A stretch of 63,201 bases of DNA, filler included, from Candidatus Babelota bacterium (GCA_017999075.1; 13 parts of 13 records of this genome joined end to end with filler, not necessarily neighbours in it), one strand, 5' to 3'; numbered from the whole stretch's first letter, positions 48,739 through 58,968 are shown. Notes: generated from the sequence alone by a model not told the origin. Made by a program: numbers and translations.

Positions 48739-49732
48739 TCTCCGAGTTTAATAATTTTTTGAAATTTAGATTTTCTTTAATTAAATTGTTATAATCGGAA
48801 TATCCCGAAATAATTCCGTTTTCGATAAATAATATTTTATCGCAAAATTGCAAAGAACTGATTCTATGTGAAATTAAAATTATTTTCATATCCGGAAAAT
48901 TTGATTTTAAACTCCGCATAATAAATGATTCTTTTTCCGGTTCAATATTTGAAAATCCTTCGTCAATAATCAATATTTCCGGTTTTTTTGCCAAAGCTCT
49001 GCTTAATAATAATCTGAATTTTTGACCGCCTGAAATGTTTTTTCCATTTTCTTCAATTTTGAAATCAATGACGGATTCATAGTCTTCAAATTCAAATCCC
49101 GTAATTTCCAGCACTTTTATTATTTCAGAATCTTTTATAGATAAAGATATAAGTTTGAAATTATCTTTTATCGAACCTTCGAATAAAATATCATTTTGTA
49201 AAACGGAACTGATTTTTTTTCGTAATTGTCCGGTTGATATTTTTTCTATTGGAACGCCGTTTATCAAAATTGTTCCGGCTGTGCAAAGATTTAATTTGCA
49301 TAACAGATTAATCATCGTGGATTTTCCGCAACCGCTTTTCCCTGCAATTCCAGTAATTTTTTTCCCGTCAATTTTAAAAGAACATCCCGAAAGAACCGGA
49401 TTATCAGTGTCGTATTCAAAATATACTTTATCGAATTCTATTATATCAATTTTTTCTATTATAACCGGATTTACCGGCTCAACCGGAGGTTTTATATCGT
49501 AGACCTCGAAAAAACGCTGAGCTCTTATTATGCCTCGTTGAATTTCAGGTCCTAATGACAGCATCTGTTTTACAGGATTTAATAAATATCCGGCAAGCAG
49601 TCCGAACATTATTAATTCGCCTATAGTCAAATCTCCTATAAGTATTCTGGATACCGCATACCATGTGAAAATCATTCCTGATATTATAGCGGCTATAGCA
49701 ATGATAAATTCAAATCCGTTTGTTATAGCCGT
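48731..49732 (-). CDS. Type I secretion ABC exporter (TMD+NBD), 5' truncated
   Basis: GDLTIGELIMF, Walker A GKSGCGKST, ISGGQKFR, IIDEG and ISHR. Confidence 0.88.
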   Translation of the reverse strand, partial: TAITNGFEFIIAIAAIISGMIFTWYAVSRILIGDLTIGELIMFGLLAGYLLNPVKQMLSLGPEIQRGIIRAQRFFEVYDIKPPVEPVNPVIIEKIDIIEFDKVYFEYDTDNPVLSGCSFKIDGKKITGIAGKSGCGKSTMINLLCKLNLCTAGTILINGVPIEKISTGQLRKKISSVLQNDILFEGSIKDNFKLISLSIKDSEIIKVLEITGFEFEDYESVIDFKIEENGKNISGGQKFRLLLSRALAKKPEILIIDEGFSNIEPEKESFIMRSLKSNFPDMKIILISHRISSLQFCDKILFIENGIISGYSDYNNLIKENLNFKKLLNSEID

Positions 49733-49832
49733 NNNNNNNNNNNNNNNNNNNNNNNNNNNNNNNNNNNNNNNNNNNNTTAATTAATTAANNNNNNNNNNNN
49801 NNNNNNNNNNNNNNNNNNNNNNNNNNNNNNNN
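49733..49832. other. Artificial contig spacer
   Basis: N44-TTAATTAATTAA-N44. Confidence 0.98.
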
Positions 49833-49916
49833 CAATAATATAGTCAATAGAACTTTCAATCGTTATTCCAAACAGCATGGCGAAAAGTAAAATTATTTAT
49901 GGCCACGAGAAAAACT

Positions 49917-51929
49917 TTACGCTCCAGTTTTTTGGTTTAACAATTTTTCTACTTTTTCAAGGTTGGCAATAGCATCTTTATAATTTTCTTTTAAGTTAAT
50001 TGCTTTTTCATAATATTTCTTAGCTTCATTATAATTTTTATAATATTCAAAATAAATTTCCCCAAGATTGTTTAATGCTTCAGGATAATACTGTTCAATT
50101 TCAGCAGCTTTTCTAAAATATTTTTCAGCTTCCTTATAATTTTTCTGATAATAATACAAAACTCCAAGATTATTATATGCAAAATGATAATCAGGTTTTA
50201 ATTCTATAGATTTTTTAAAATATTTTTCAGCATTAGGATACTTTCCGATTCTACGATTAATAATACCCATATTATTACTGATAATAAAATCGTATTTATC
50301 AGTTAATTTATAAAGTTTCTGGTAAGTTTCTGAAATTTTATCATATCTTTGTTTTTCAAAATATAAATACGCAAGAGTAAAATAATGTTCGTACAATACA
50401 GGATATAATTTTATCAAATTTTCATAAATCTCAATCGATTTATCATTTTTTTTCATTAAAAAATATGTTCTTCCAAGATTTTCCATTAATCCAGGATCGT
50501 ATTTATTCGCTTTCAATCCAGCCAGAAAATCTTGTTCAGCCAAATCAAGATATCCGTTTGACAATAAAATACAACCTCTGTTATTCAGAGCTGTTGTAGC
50601 GTTCGGATAATTTTCAATTACATCATTCCAGAGATTAATGCTTGTTTTCCAGACTCCGCATCTATAACTATTTATTTTATATGCAGAATAAAAAGAAAAT
50701 ATAAATATAAAAACAGTCATACAATAAAATAATCCTGTTTTATTTTTGTTAAACAGATATATCAAAAATACTGTAATACCCCAAAAAATTCCTATTGATG
50801 CCAAATAAGTATATCTGTCAGCCACAAGAGCAGGTCCAGTCATTTTAATCTGAATAACAGTTAAAAATGAAAAAATGAAAAAAAACCAGCCAAAAAAAAG
50901 ATGTCTTGTATATTTAAGCGAATAAAATATTAAAAGAAAAATAATCGGAGTTATAATATGAGAATAAACAATTTCAAAATAAGGAGGATATGGATAAAGC
51001 GCAGACAGTTTTACAGGTATCAGAAGTTTTGTAAAATAAAATAAAATTACATACATCGGGTATTTTATATTTTCTTTTATCATATAATAAGTCAATGGCG
51101 GCGGATTTTTTAATTCTGCATCAACGAGTTTAGGAGATCCTATCCCGAATTGTATTTTCATATACAGTTCTTTATCAGGATGACCTAATTTCCCGCCAAG
51201 TATGATGAGATAGAAAAAAAACATACAGATTAAAATATACGGTATTTTATCAAACAAGCTTTTTTTTGAAATCGGCCTTCTTATTACAAAATCTGCGGCA
51301 AAAACCATTAAAAAAAATGATATGCTCATTGGTTTTGACATATTCGACAAAACTATAAAAATCAAAGATGCTATATAATATTTCCAGTTTTTTTTTAAAA
51401 CATATAAAAGATAAAAAATAAGAGACAGCAGCAAAAAAAATCCATAAAGCTGATCTTTTCTTTCGGCAACCCATACAACGGATTCAGTATGCATTGGATG
51501 CAGAGCAAAAAGCAGAGACACTATAACGCCATTAAAAAAAGGAACATAGAACTTAAATTTAAAAAATGATATATATTTTTCTCTGTAATTTTTTTGAAAA
51601 TACGATAATAAAAAAATCAAACAAAAAACAAGGTTAGAATTAAAAATATGAAGAATAATATTATTCAGATGATAAAGCCATGGTTTCAATTTGACAAAAT
51701 AATAATCTATGGCAAAAGAAAAAATTACTACAGGTTTGTATAAATCAAGATGAAAAGAAGTAAAAATATTTTTTATTGAATTGAATGATAATTCTCGTAT
51801 ATACGGATTGTCTCTTACATAATTTTGATCATCCCAACCGACAAAATCATTATAAATAGCAGGATAATACGATAAAAAAATTATTATTGAAAGAAAAACA
51901 ATCCAAAAAATATAATATTTTTTATTCAT
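49917..51929 (-). CDS. TMTC-like GT-C membrane glycosyltransferase with C-terminal TPRs
   Basis: FVGWDD, LYKPV, YHLNNIILH, LFALHPMHTESVVWVAERKD, LSALYP, ADRYTYL and TPR repeats. Confidence 0.8.
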   Translation of the reverse strand: MNKKYYIFWIVFLSIIIFLSYYPAIYNDFVGWDDQNYVRDNPYIRELSFNSIKNIFTSFHLDLYKPVVIFSFAIDYYFVKLKPWLYHLNNIILHIFNSNLVFCLIFLLSYFQKNYREKYISFFKFKFYVPFFNGVIVSLLFALHPMHTESVVWVAERKDQLYGFFLLLSLIFYLLYVLKKNWKYYIASLIFIVLSNMSKPMSISFFLMVFAADFVIRRPISKKSLFDKIPYILICMFFFYLIILGGKLGHPDKELYMKIQFGIGSPKLVDAELKNPPPLTYYMIKENIKYPMYVILFYFTKLLIPVKLSALYPYPPYFEIVYSHIITPIIFLLIFYSLKYTRHLFFGWFFFIFSFLTVIQIKMTGPALVADRYTYLASIGIFWGITVFLIYLFNKNKTGLFYCMTVFIFIFSFYSAYKINSYRCGVWKTSINLWNDVIENYPNATTALNNRGCILLSNGYLDLAEQDFLAGLKANKYDPGLMENLGRTYFLMKKNDKSIEIYENLIKLYPVLYEHYFTLAYLYFEKQRYDKISETYQKLYKLTDKYDFIISNNMGIINRRIGKYPNAEKYFKKSIELKPDYHFAYNNLGVLYYYQKNYKEAEKYFRKAAEIEQYYPEALNNLGEIYFEYYKNYNEAKKYYEKAINLKENYKDAIANLEKVEKLLNQKTGA

Positions 51930-51957
51930 TAAATTATTTATTTGCTTTTGTTTTATT

Positions 51958-52158
51958 TTATTCGCGGAAAAAAAATTTCCCCGCTAATTTACGCGAATCT
52001 ACGCTAATAATAATATAGTTATAAAAATATATCTAATATGCATTCAATTTATTTATTACTTTATTCTTTTATTGTTTTTGTTTCTTTATTCGCGATAATT
52101 CGCGGGAATTCGCGGGAGAAAAATTTCCCCGCTAATTTACGCGAATCTACGCTAATAA
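51958..52158. repeat. GxxExxY-associated repeat: 40-bp direct repeat with 10-bp periodic palindromic units
   Basis: AAAAATTTCCCCGCTAATTTACGCGAATCTACGCTAATAA occurs exactly at 51971-52010 and 52119-52158. It is preceded by inverted ATTCGCG units (one before copy 1, three at 52088-52117). Confidence 0.85.
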
Positions 52159-52459
52159 GTCATTGCAAACCTTTTCCATTCCAATTTTTCTTTACAACCA
52201 AAATTTATTAATAACCCCACTTTATACTTCGTAATATTCAAATAATTCAGCATTATACTTTCTTCTATTTTAGTCAATTTTTCCATCACTTTTATTTCAC
52301 TGACAATTTTTGATTCAATAACTAAATCCGGTTTATAGCATTTTTTTAAAATTATACCTTTATAATCAATTTTTAATTCTTTCTGACTTTCATAAACAAT
52401 ATTTTTTTTCTTCAATTCAATTTCCATGGCTTCCTGATATACAGCTTCAAGAAACCCAG
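52152..52459 (-). CDS. GxxExxY protein (PD-(D/E)XK-like), 5' truncated
   Basis: Extending the frame to the contig edge gives GFLEAVYQEAMEIEL; then YKPDLVIESKIVSEIK...LNYL...VGLLINFG. Confidence 0.9.
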
Positions 52460-52559
52460 NNNNNNNNNNNNNNNNNNNNNNNNNNNNNNNNNNNNNNNNN
52501 NNNTTAATTAATTAANNNNNNNNNNNNNNNNNNNNNNNNNNNNNNNNNNNNNNNNNNNN
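52460..52559. other. Artificial contig spacer
   Basis: N44-TTAATTAATTAA-N44. Confidence 0.98.
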
Positions 52560-52560
52560 A

Positions 52561-52770
52561 AATATTAATAGAAATGCAGCTTTACAACAAATAACAAAAG
52601 AAAAAAAAATTAATATTCGCCTGACAGCATTTGATTATGATATGATAAAATCTAAAGCAATTGACGAAGGATTACCATATCAAAGTTTAATTTCGAGTTT
52701 AATCCATAAATATGTTAAAAATGAATTGGTCGAGAAAAATCAAATCAAAATTTTATTAAATGAGTTGTAA
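52561..52770 (+). CDS. Antitoxin paralog, C-terminal fragment
   Basis: Not in the ORF track. KEKKINIRLTAFDYDMIKSKAIDEGLPYQSLISSLIHKYV is clearly homologous to 38220-38507. Confidence 0.8.
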   Translation, partial: NINRNAALQQITKEKKINIRLTAFDYDMIKSKAIDEGLPYQSLISSLIHKYVKNELVEKNQIKILLNEL

Positions 52771-52796
52771 GCGATATAAAAAAAATAGACACAATC

Positions 52797-52868
52797 GGCT
52801 AACTTCATCCTGTCCCTCGTGCATCAGAGATCTGCGAGCGGGAGGACGGACAGGACGTGCCCTTATCT
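52797..52868 (+). repeat. attC-like site, second copy
   Basis: GGCTAAC-TTCAT-CCTGTCC-[C]-TCGTGC...TCTGCGAGCGG...GGACAGG-ACGTG shares long identical blocks with 37783-37871; the core is degenerate (CTTATCT). Confidence 0.7.
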
Positions 52869-53838
52869 GCCATTAATTCCTAATATTTCGAAGGAAATTA
52901 TAACGGCGGCATCAATGTAAAAAGTATTTTATATAAAATAATGAACTATATTGGAGGAACACAAAATGAGCGATAAAGAACAGAATATTCACGATTTTGA
53001 TATTACATTAATTTGTGAATATTTTTCAAGTATGGATCGGCAAGGTCCAGGAAGCAAGGAAACAACAATAAAAGCTTTGAGTTTTATTGATAATATAGAC
53101 GAAAAATTAAACATCGTTGATCTTGGTTGTGGTTCTGGAAATCAGACTATAGTTTTGGCACAAAATACTCAAGGGAATATAACAGCTATTGATTTATTCC
53201 CTGGTTTTATCAACAAACTAAATGACAATGCACAAAAATTGAATCTTCAAAGCAGAGTTAAAGGCGTTATTGGTTCAATGGATAAACTTGATTTTCAATT
53301 AAATGAATTAGACCTTATTTGGAGCGAAGGAGCAATATATAATATAGGTTTTGAAAAAGGCATGAATTATTGGAATAAGTTTTTGAAAAAAGGTGGTTAT
53401 GTTGCTGTTAGTGAAGCATCATGGTTTACAGAAGAACGGCCAAAAGAAATATTTGAGTTTTGGAATGAAGCATATCCTGAAATAGACACTATTCCAAATA
53501 AAATTGCTCAAATGCAAAAAGCAGGATATATTGTGACTGCATCATTCATATTACCTGAGGTTTGCTGGACTGAAAATTTCTTTAAACCAGCAATAACAGC
53601 ACAAAAAATATTTTTGGATAAATACAAAGGTAATAAATCAGCCGAAGAATTTATAAAATACGAAAAACATCATGCCTTACTTTATGATAAATATAAAGAT
53701 TTTTATGGGTATGTATTTTATATTGGGAAGAAAATATAGAAGGTTTGTCATCATCCGTGCTGTGCTGATGGCTAATGTAACTGAATCAACGGCATATAAC
53801 TTTTTCGGTTTTTTGATTGTACTTCTCATAAAAAGCCG
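52862..53838 (+). mobile_element. Integron-like gene cassette (methyltransferase), decayed
   Basis: Left end CTTATCTGCCATTAATTC (52862-52879) is 14/18 complementary to GAATCAACGGCATATAAC (53783-53800), followed by a 5-nt spacer and a CGGTTTTT...AAAAGCCG stem. Confidence 0.55.
52966..53739 (+). CDS. Class I SAM-dependent methyltransferase
   Basis: GGAGG SD before ATG 52966; [27 protein letters not shown] and YGYVFYIG. Confidence 0.88.
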   Translation: MSDKEQNIHDFDITLICEYFSSMDRQGPGSKETTIKALSFIDNIDEKLNIVDLGCGSGNQTIVLAQNTQGNITAIDLFPGFINKLNDNAQKLNLQSRVKGVIGSMDKLDFQLNELDLIWSEGAIYNIGFEKGMNYWNKFLKKGGYVAVSEASWFTEERPKEIFEFWNEAYPEIDTIPNKIAQMQKAGYIVTASFILPEVCWTENFFKPAITAQKIFLDKYKGNKSAEEFIKYEKHHALLYDKYKDFYGYVFYIGKKI

Positions 53839-53958
53839 TGCCCGATAAATATACTGGATAATAATTTTTATTTTGTAAACTAATTATTTCAAAGCATAAT
53901 AATCTCTGAAATCCCATGGAAAATCAATAAATATAATATAATATTTAGAGAAATGCTC

Positions 53959-53987
53959 TTGACATAATGATGTAACTGATATAAAAT
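53959..53987 (+). promoter_or_regulatory. Sigma70-like promoter
   Basis: TTGACA-17 nt-TAAAAT upstream of the epimerase gene. Confidence 0.5.
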
Positions 53988-54015
53988 TTTAAAAAATATT
54001 ATTATATAAAATAAA

Positions 54016-55059
54016 ATGAAAATAAAAAATAAGAATATTGTAATAACTGGCGGCGCAGGTTTTATAGGGACCAATGCTGTAAATTATTTTGCGAAGAACA
54101 ATAATGTCACGGTTATTGATAATTTATCAAGAACAGGGACCAAATATAATTTGCAATATCTTAAAAAAAAATTTGATATAGAATTTTATAAAATTGATGT
54201 ATCTGACAAAAAAACTCTTTCAAACTTTTTTAAGACCCGGAAAAAAACAGATATTGTGCTGCATCTTGCCGGACAAGTTGCGGTAACAACTTCAATAGTA
54301 AATCCTTATGAAGATTTTATTACTAATTCTGCTGGAACTTTAAATTTGCTTGAATCATTGCGGGAAAATAAAATAAAACCTGTTGTTATTTATTCATCAA
54401 CTAATAAAGTTTATGGAAACCTTTCGTTTATTCCTGTGAAAGAACTTAAAACACGCTATATTTTTAAAAATTTGAATTGTAAAGGAGTCAGGGAAACTGA
54501 AAACCTTGATTTTTATTCTCCGTACGGATGTTCAAAAGGATCTGCTGATCAGTATGTGAAAGATTACTGTAGAATTTATGGGATACCTACAATAGTATTC
54601 AGGCAATCCTGCATATACGGAGATTTTCAATATGGAGTTGAAGATCAGGGATGGGCTGCATGGTTTATGGCTGCTTTGCTGTTGAATAAAAAAATCAGAA
54701 TTTATGGAACCGGAAAACAAGTAAGAGATATTTTATACATATCAGATTTGATTGATGCATATAAAAAATCAATAGAACAGATTAATGATACAGCCGGAAG
54801 CGTATTTAATATCGGCGGAGGAATTGAAAATGCAGTATCAATAATTGAATATTTAAATTACATTTTTGAAAAATATAATTTGAATTCAGAATTGGAATTT
54901 AATGATTGGAGACAAGGAGATCAGCAGATTTACATAAGTAATAATTCTAAATTTTCTGAATTGACAAATTGGACTCCTGAAATCTCTTATCACGACGGGA
55001 TAGATCGGTTATATAAGTGGCTCAAATCAAATTTAAGACTTTTGTTAAAAATAATATAA
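54016..55059 (+). CDS. NAD-dependent nucleotide-sugar epimerase (CDP-paratose 2-epimerase/RfbE-like)
   Basis: TGGAGFIG, HLAGQVAVTTS, YSSTNKVYG, SPYGCSKGSADQY, RQSCIYG and EDQGWAAWF. Confidence 0.88.
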   Translation: MKIKNKNIVITGGAGFIGTNAVNYFAKNNNVTVIDNLSRTGTKYNLQYLKKKFDIEFYKIDVSDKKTLSNFFKTRKKTDIVLHLAGQVAVTTSIVNPYEDFITNSAGTLNLLESLRENKIKPVVIYSSTNKVYGNLSFIPVKELKTRYIFKNLNCKGVRETENLDFYSPYGCSKGSADQYVKDYCRIYGIPTIVFRQSCIYGDFQYGVEDQGWAAWFMAALLLNKKIRIYGTGKQVRDILYISDLIDAYKKSIEQINDTAGSVFNIGGGIENAVSIIEYLNYIFEKYNLNSELEFNDWRQGDQQIYISNNSKFSELTNWTPEISYHDGIDRLYKWLKSNLRLLLKII

Positions 55060-55087
55060 TTAAATTAATTGATATGATGGAATAATT

Positions 55088-55172
55088 ATGAGATTTTTAT
55101 TGTGTTTTATGCTTGTGCTGATGATTAATTTTTCTGCTGTTCTGGCTGAAGAAGATTTGAACAGGATATATG
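55088..55172 (+). CDS. Exported protein, N-terminal fragment
   Basis: MRFLLCFMLVLMINFSAVLA-EEDLNRIY signal peptide; cut by the contig end. Confidence 0.4.
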
Positions 55173-55272
55173 NNNNNNNNNNNNNNNNNNNNNNNNNNNN
55201 NNNNNNNNNNNNNNNNTTAATTAATTAANNNNNNNNNNNNNNNNNNNNNNNNNNNNNNNNNNNNNNNNNNNN
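55173..55272. other. Artificial contig spacer
   Basis: N44-TTAATTAATTAA-N44. Confidence 0.98.
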
Positions 55273-55362
55273 GTTTTAAAGAAATGGTCTAAATCAATGT
55301 TTTATGATGCTTATACCTCCATTTTCTTTGCGAAATTTTTTTTAGTTCTCGATGTTAATTTT

Positions 55363-57810
55363 TTACATAAGATTTTGGGGATCAACATCTATAAATATTT
55401 TAATTTTTTGATTTTTATTTTCATTATAAAATTTTTTTACAAATGATTTTGTTTCGATTAATTTATTGCCTTTAATCAAAACCTGATACCTGTATTGATT
55501 TTTTATGAAAGGAATTGCAGCAGGCACCGGCCCCAATATTATTACAGGGAATTTTTTATTTTTCAATTTTTCAGCGAATATATTTGCGAAAAACTTAACT
55601 TTATTTTCAAGGTCACCTGAAAAAACGATGTTTATCAGCCTTACAAAAGGAGGGTATTCGTAATTTTTTCTAATTTTAATTTCTTCATAATAGAAATTTT
55701 CAAAATCCTGATTAGCGGCATTTTTAATTGAATAATGTTCAGGGCTTAAAGTTTGAATTATTACATTGCCTTTTTGCGAACTTCTTCCAGCTCTTCCGGC
55801 AACTTGAGTTATAAGAGAAAAATTGCGTTCTGCCGCCCTGAAATCAGGCAGATTAAGAGTAATATCAGCGAAAATAATTCCAATGACTGTTACATCAGGG
55901 AAATCCAGACCTTTAGCTACTATCTGAGTTCCGACAAGTATATCAATTTCTTTGTTTTTAAATTTTTCAAGAATTTTATTCAGATAATTTTTTTTACGCA
56001 CTGAATCAGCATCTATGCGTTCAACCACAGAATCAGAAAAATTATATTTGCAGGCTACCTCGACTTTTTCAGTTCCCAATCCTATAAATTTTAATGATGT
56101 ATCGCCGCAATCAGGACATTTTCCCTCTGTAAAAATTTCATATCCGCAATAATGACAAACAAGATTTCTTTTTTCATAGTGAAATGTAAGTGAAATGTTG
56201 CAATCAGGACATTTGAATGCAGAACCGCAATTTAAACATAGAGCAAGCGGAGCAAAACCGCGTCTGTTTAAAAATAAGATAGATTGAAAATTTTTAGAAA
56301 GAGCTTCATTGATTCTTGATTTTAATTCAGAGCTGAAAATGAAATTGCTGCCAGATCCTAATTCTTTTTTTATATCGCATATAGTTACCGATGGAATTAC
56401 AGATTCAGGGTTTGCTCTATTCTTTAATTCTAAAAGCTTATATTTTCCTTGAATTGCATTGTAATAACTTTCAATAGTAGGAGTGGCAGACCCAAGTATT
56501 ACAGGGCATTTTTCCATAAATGCACGGTATATAGCTACATCCCGTCCGTTATAAGGAGGGGATTCGGATTGTTTATAAGAATTCTCATGTTCTTCATCTA
56601 CTATTATAAGTTTGAGATTTTTAAAAGGAGCGAAAATAGCTGATCTTGCACCGACAACTATTTTTGTTTTTCCTGTTAGAGCGTTATTCCATTGTTCGAT
56701 CCGTTCGTTGGAAGAGAGCATACTGTGAAGAACTGAGATTTTGTCTCCGAACCTGTTTTTAAATCTTGCTACTGTCTGAGGAGTAAGTGAAATCTCAGGG
56801 ACAAGCATTATACATTCTCCGCCGGTATCAATGATTTTCCGTATAGTTCTTAAGTATACTTCTGTTTTACCGCTGCCTGTTATTCCAAACAATAGGTATG
56901 TGAAGAACCGTTTTGATTCAATTCCTGATTCTATTTCTTCCACAGCATTTTTTTGTTCTTCATTAAGTTCAAAAATTTTTTCTTCTTCATTATAATTATT
57001 TTCTAAAATATATGATTTTTTAATTTTTTTTATCTCAAAAATTTTTTTTGACAGTAAAGTTTTTATCGGACTTGAACTGCATTTTATAATAGTTGATATT
57101 TGAGAAGTGTTATATTCGCCATTATGATTTTTAACAAGATCTATGATTTTTTGCTGGACAATAGATAATGAATTGAAATCAAAATTATCTTGTTTTACAA
57201 AAAAAATTTTTTTTTCTTCAACAGTTCCTATTGTATCTTCAATTTCCTGAATGAATTCAATAAATCCTTTATTTTTCAAATAATTCAAAGCCGATTTAGG
57301 TTTGGAATTTTTGTATTTAGATTCTACAATAGAAGTTGAAGATAAAGGGTTTTCTAAAATAAAATTTAATACTTTATAATAATCAGGAAATTTTTCGCGT
57401 ATAAGAATTAGTTGTTCGTTTGAAGGTTCGGTAATAAGTTTGACGTATTTTTTTGATTTTATCGGATTAGGAGATGGTATCATAAAACCAAGAACGCGGC
57501 TTATTGAACATATATAATATTCTGAAATCCAAATTGCAAGGTTTAATAGATTTTCTGTTATTACAGGATATTCGTCAATTATTGATATCAATGGCTTAAT
57601 TTTATCAATTTCATAATCAGGGAAATCTTTGACTTTTAATATGATTCCGGTATATGTTTTATTTTGAAAAGATACGGCCGTCCTTTTTCCCGGGCAAACA
57701 TAATTTTCCGTTAATTCATCTGTTTTATATTCGAACGTAGAATCAAGGTTTAGACCGGGAATAGCTATTTCGACAATTTTGACCATAATATATTTGTCAC
57801 TTATACACAT
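55363..57810 (-). CDS. priA: Primosomal protein N' (replication restart helicase)
   Basis: GITGSGKTEVY, LVPEISLTPQ, GARSAIFAP, DEEH, FLNRRG, four CxxC pairs, GTQIVAKGLDFP and IDVDP. The start may be ATG 57786. Confidence 0.97.
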   Translation of the reverse strand: MCISDKYIMVKIVEIAIPGLNLDSTFEYKTDELTENYVCPGKRTAVSFQNKTYTGIILKVKDFPDYEIDKIKPLISIIDEYPVITENLLNLAIWISEYYICSISRVLGFMIPSPNPIKSKKYVKLITEPSNEQLILIREKFPDYYKVLNFILENPLSSTSIVESKYKNSKPKSALNYLKNKGFIEFIQEIEDTIGTVEEKKIFFVKQDNFDFNSLSIVQQKIIDLVKNHNGEYNTSQISTIIKCSSSPIKTLLSKKIFEIKKIKKSYILENNYNEEEKIFELNEEQKNAVEEIESGIESKRFFTYLLFGITGSGKTEVYLRTIRKIIDTGGECIMLVPEISLTPQTVARFKNRFGDKISVLHSMLSSNERIEQWNNALTGKTKIVVGARSAIFAPFKNLKLIIVDEEHENSYKQSESPPYNGRDVAIYRAFMEKCPVILGSATPTIESYYNAIQGKYKLLELKNRANPESVIPSVTICDIKKELGSGSNFIFSSELKSRINEALSKNFQSILFLNRRGFAPLALCLNCGSAFKCPDCNISLTFHYEKRNLVCHYCGYEIFTEGKCPDCGDTSLKFIGLGTEKVEVACKYNFSDSVVERIDADSVRKKNYLNKILEKFKNKEIDILVGTQIVAKGLDFPDVTVIGIIFADITLNLPDFRAAERNFSLITQVAGRAGRSSQKGNVIIQTLSPEHYSIKNAANQDFENFYYEEIKIRKNYEYPPFVRLINIVFSGDLENKVKFFANIFAEKLKNKKFPVIILGPVPAAIPFIKNQYRYQVLIKGNKLIETKSFVKKFYNENKNQKIKIFIDVDPQNLM

Positions 57811-57817
57811 CTCCGAT

Positions 57818-57917
57818 NNNNNNNNNNNNNNNNNNNNNNNNNNNNNNNNNNNNNNNNNNNNTTAATTAATTAANNNNNNNNNNNNNNNNNNNNNNNNNNN
57901 NNNNNNNNNNNNNNNNN
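57818..57917. other. Artificial contig spacer
   Basis: N44-TTAATTAATTAA-N44. Confidence 0.98.
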
Positions 57918-58922
57918 ACTTGATATAATTAATATTTTTAATAAGAGTAATGCTGTAAAACTATGGAATAATTTAAGAGTTTGTAGTGTTGACGGAACTA
58001 CTTTTACACTAAATAAATCAAAGGAAATAGTGGCTGAATTTCCGCTTTTAAATAAAGCAAGATTTCCTAAAATGATTGCCTGTGTTTTATACGATATTTA
58101 TTCTAAAATACCGTTAGATATTGAAACTGGTAATTATACTTGCGGAGAAAGAACGTTATTAGCTGAAATTATTGAAAACTTAAAAAATAATACTCTGTTA
58201 TTACTCGATAGGGGCCACCATGCTTATTTGGATATATCATAAATTAAATCTATATTATTAATTATATTATGAGAATCGGAACTCGTTTGAAATATAAAAT
58301 ATTAAAAAAAATTAAGCGCGATGATTTGATAATTGAACTTACCGCTTGCAGACAAACCATGAATAATTGTAAGGCTAATTTATCGGAATACGAATTAAGC
58401 TCTATGTCGGAAAAAATGCAATTACGTCTAATAAAAACAACGATGAAAGGATTTAGAACCAGATATATTATAACATCGTTAATTGATTTTAAAAAATATC
58501 ATTATAACGACATTTGTAAACTATACTGTGACCGTCGGATTATTGAAGATTTTTATCGTGATTTTAAGCATATTCTTAGGATCGAACAATTTCATTCTCA
58601 ATATATTGATGGTATTTATCAAGAACTTTTTGCTGCTATGATTTTGACTATAATTCTTCAAAAGTATATTTTTACAGCTTCTGATTTATATGAGATTCCT
58701 TATGAACAAATTAGTTTTAAAAAAACTTTTAATCTTTTATCAGATATTATTTTATTATTAAATTTTGCGGATAATAATAAAGAGTTAATAGAAGATTTGT
58801 TTTTAAAATTTATCGCTTTCTCTTCACAAAAAAAACAGGTCGGACACGCATTATGAAAGAATAATGTTTAGAAAAACTCGTTGTATCGATTACAAATCAC
58901 GATGATAGAGTTAATGCCATTG
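57918..58922 (+). mobile_element. IS4-family element remnant with right terminal inverted repeat
   Basis: Transposase remnant followed by GAGTTAATGCCATTG (58908-58922), resembling IS4-type ends. Confidence 0.6.
57919..58856 (+). pseudogene. IS4-family DDE transposase, 5' truncated and frameshifted
   Basis: Frame 1 carries WNNLRVCSVDGT and LLLLDRG, then stops at 58242. A second frame carries the Y-(2)-R-(3)-E-(6)-K motif LYCDRRIIEDFYRDFK. Confidence 0.85.
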
Positions 58923-58968
58923 GAAGACCGTCCCTCAAATCTCAAATCTTCCCTCAAATCCAAATCTC
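58923..58968. repeat. Short tandem CAAATC(T) repeat with GACCGTCCC head
   Basis: GAAGACCGTCCCTCAAATCTCAAATCTTCCCTCAAATCCAAATCTC. Confidence 0.5.

Noticed and set aside
47368-49732. ABC exporter + HlyD as a bacteriocin system
   Set aside because: The N-terminus (possible C39 peptidase domain) and any substrate gene are outside the contig, so the substrate cannot be inferred.
51971-52158. 40-bp direct repeat as a CRISPR array
   Set aside because: Only two copies, 108 nt apart, with internal 10-bp periodicity; one copy overlaps a stop codon; no cas genes.
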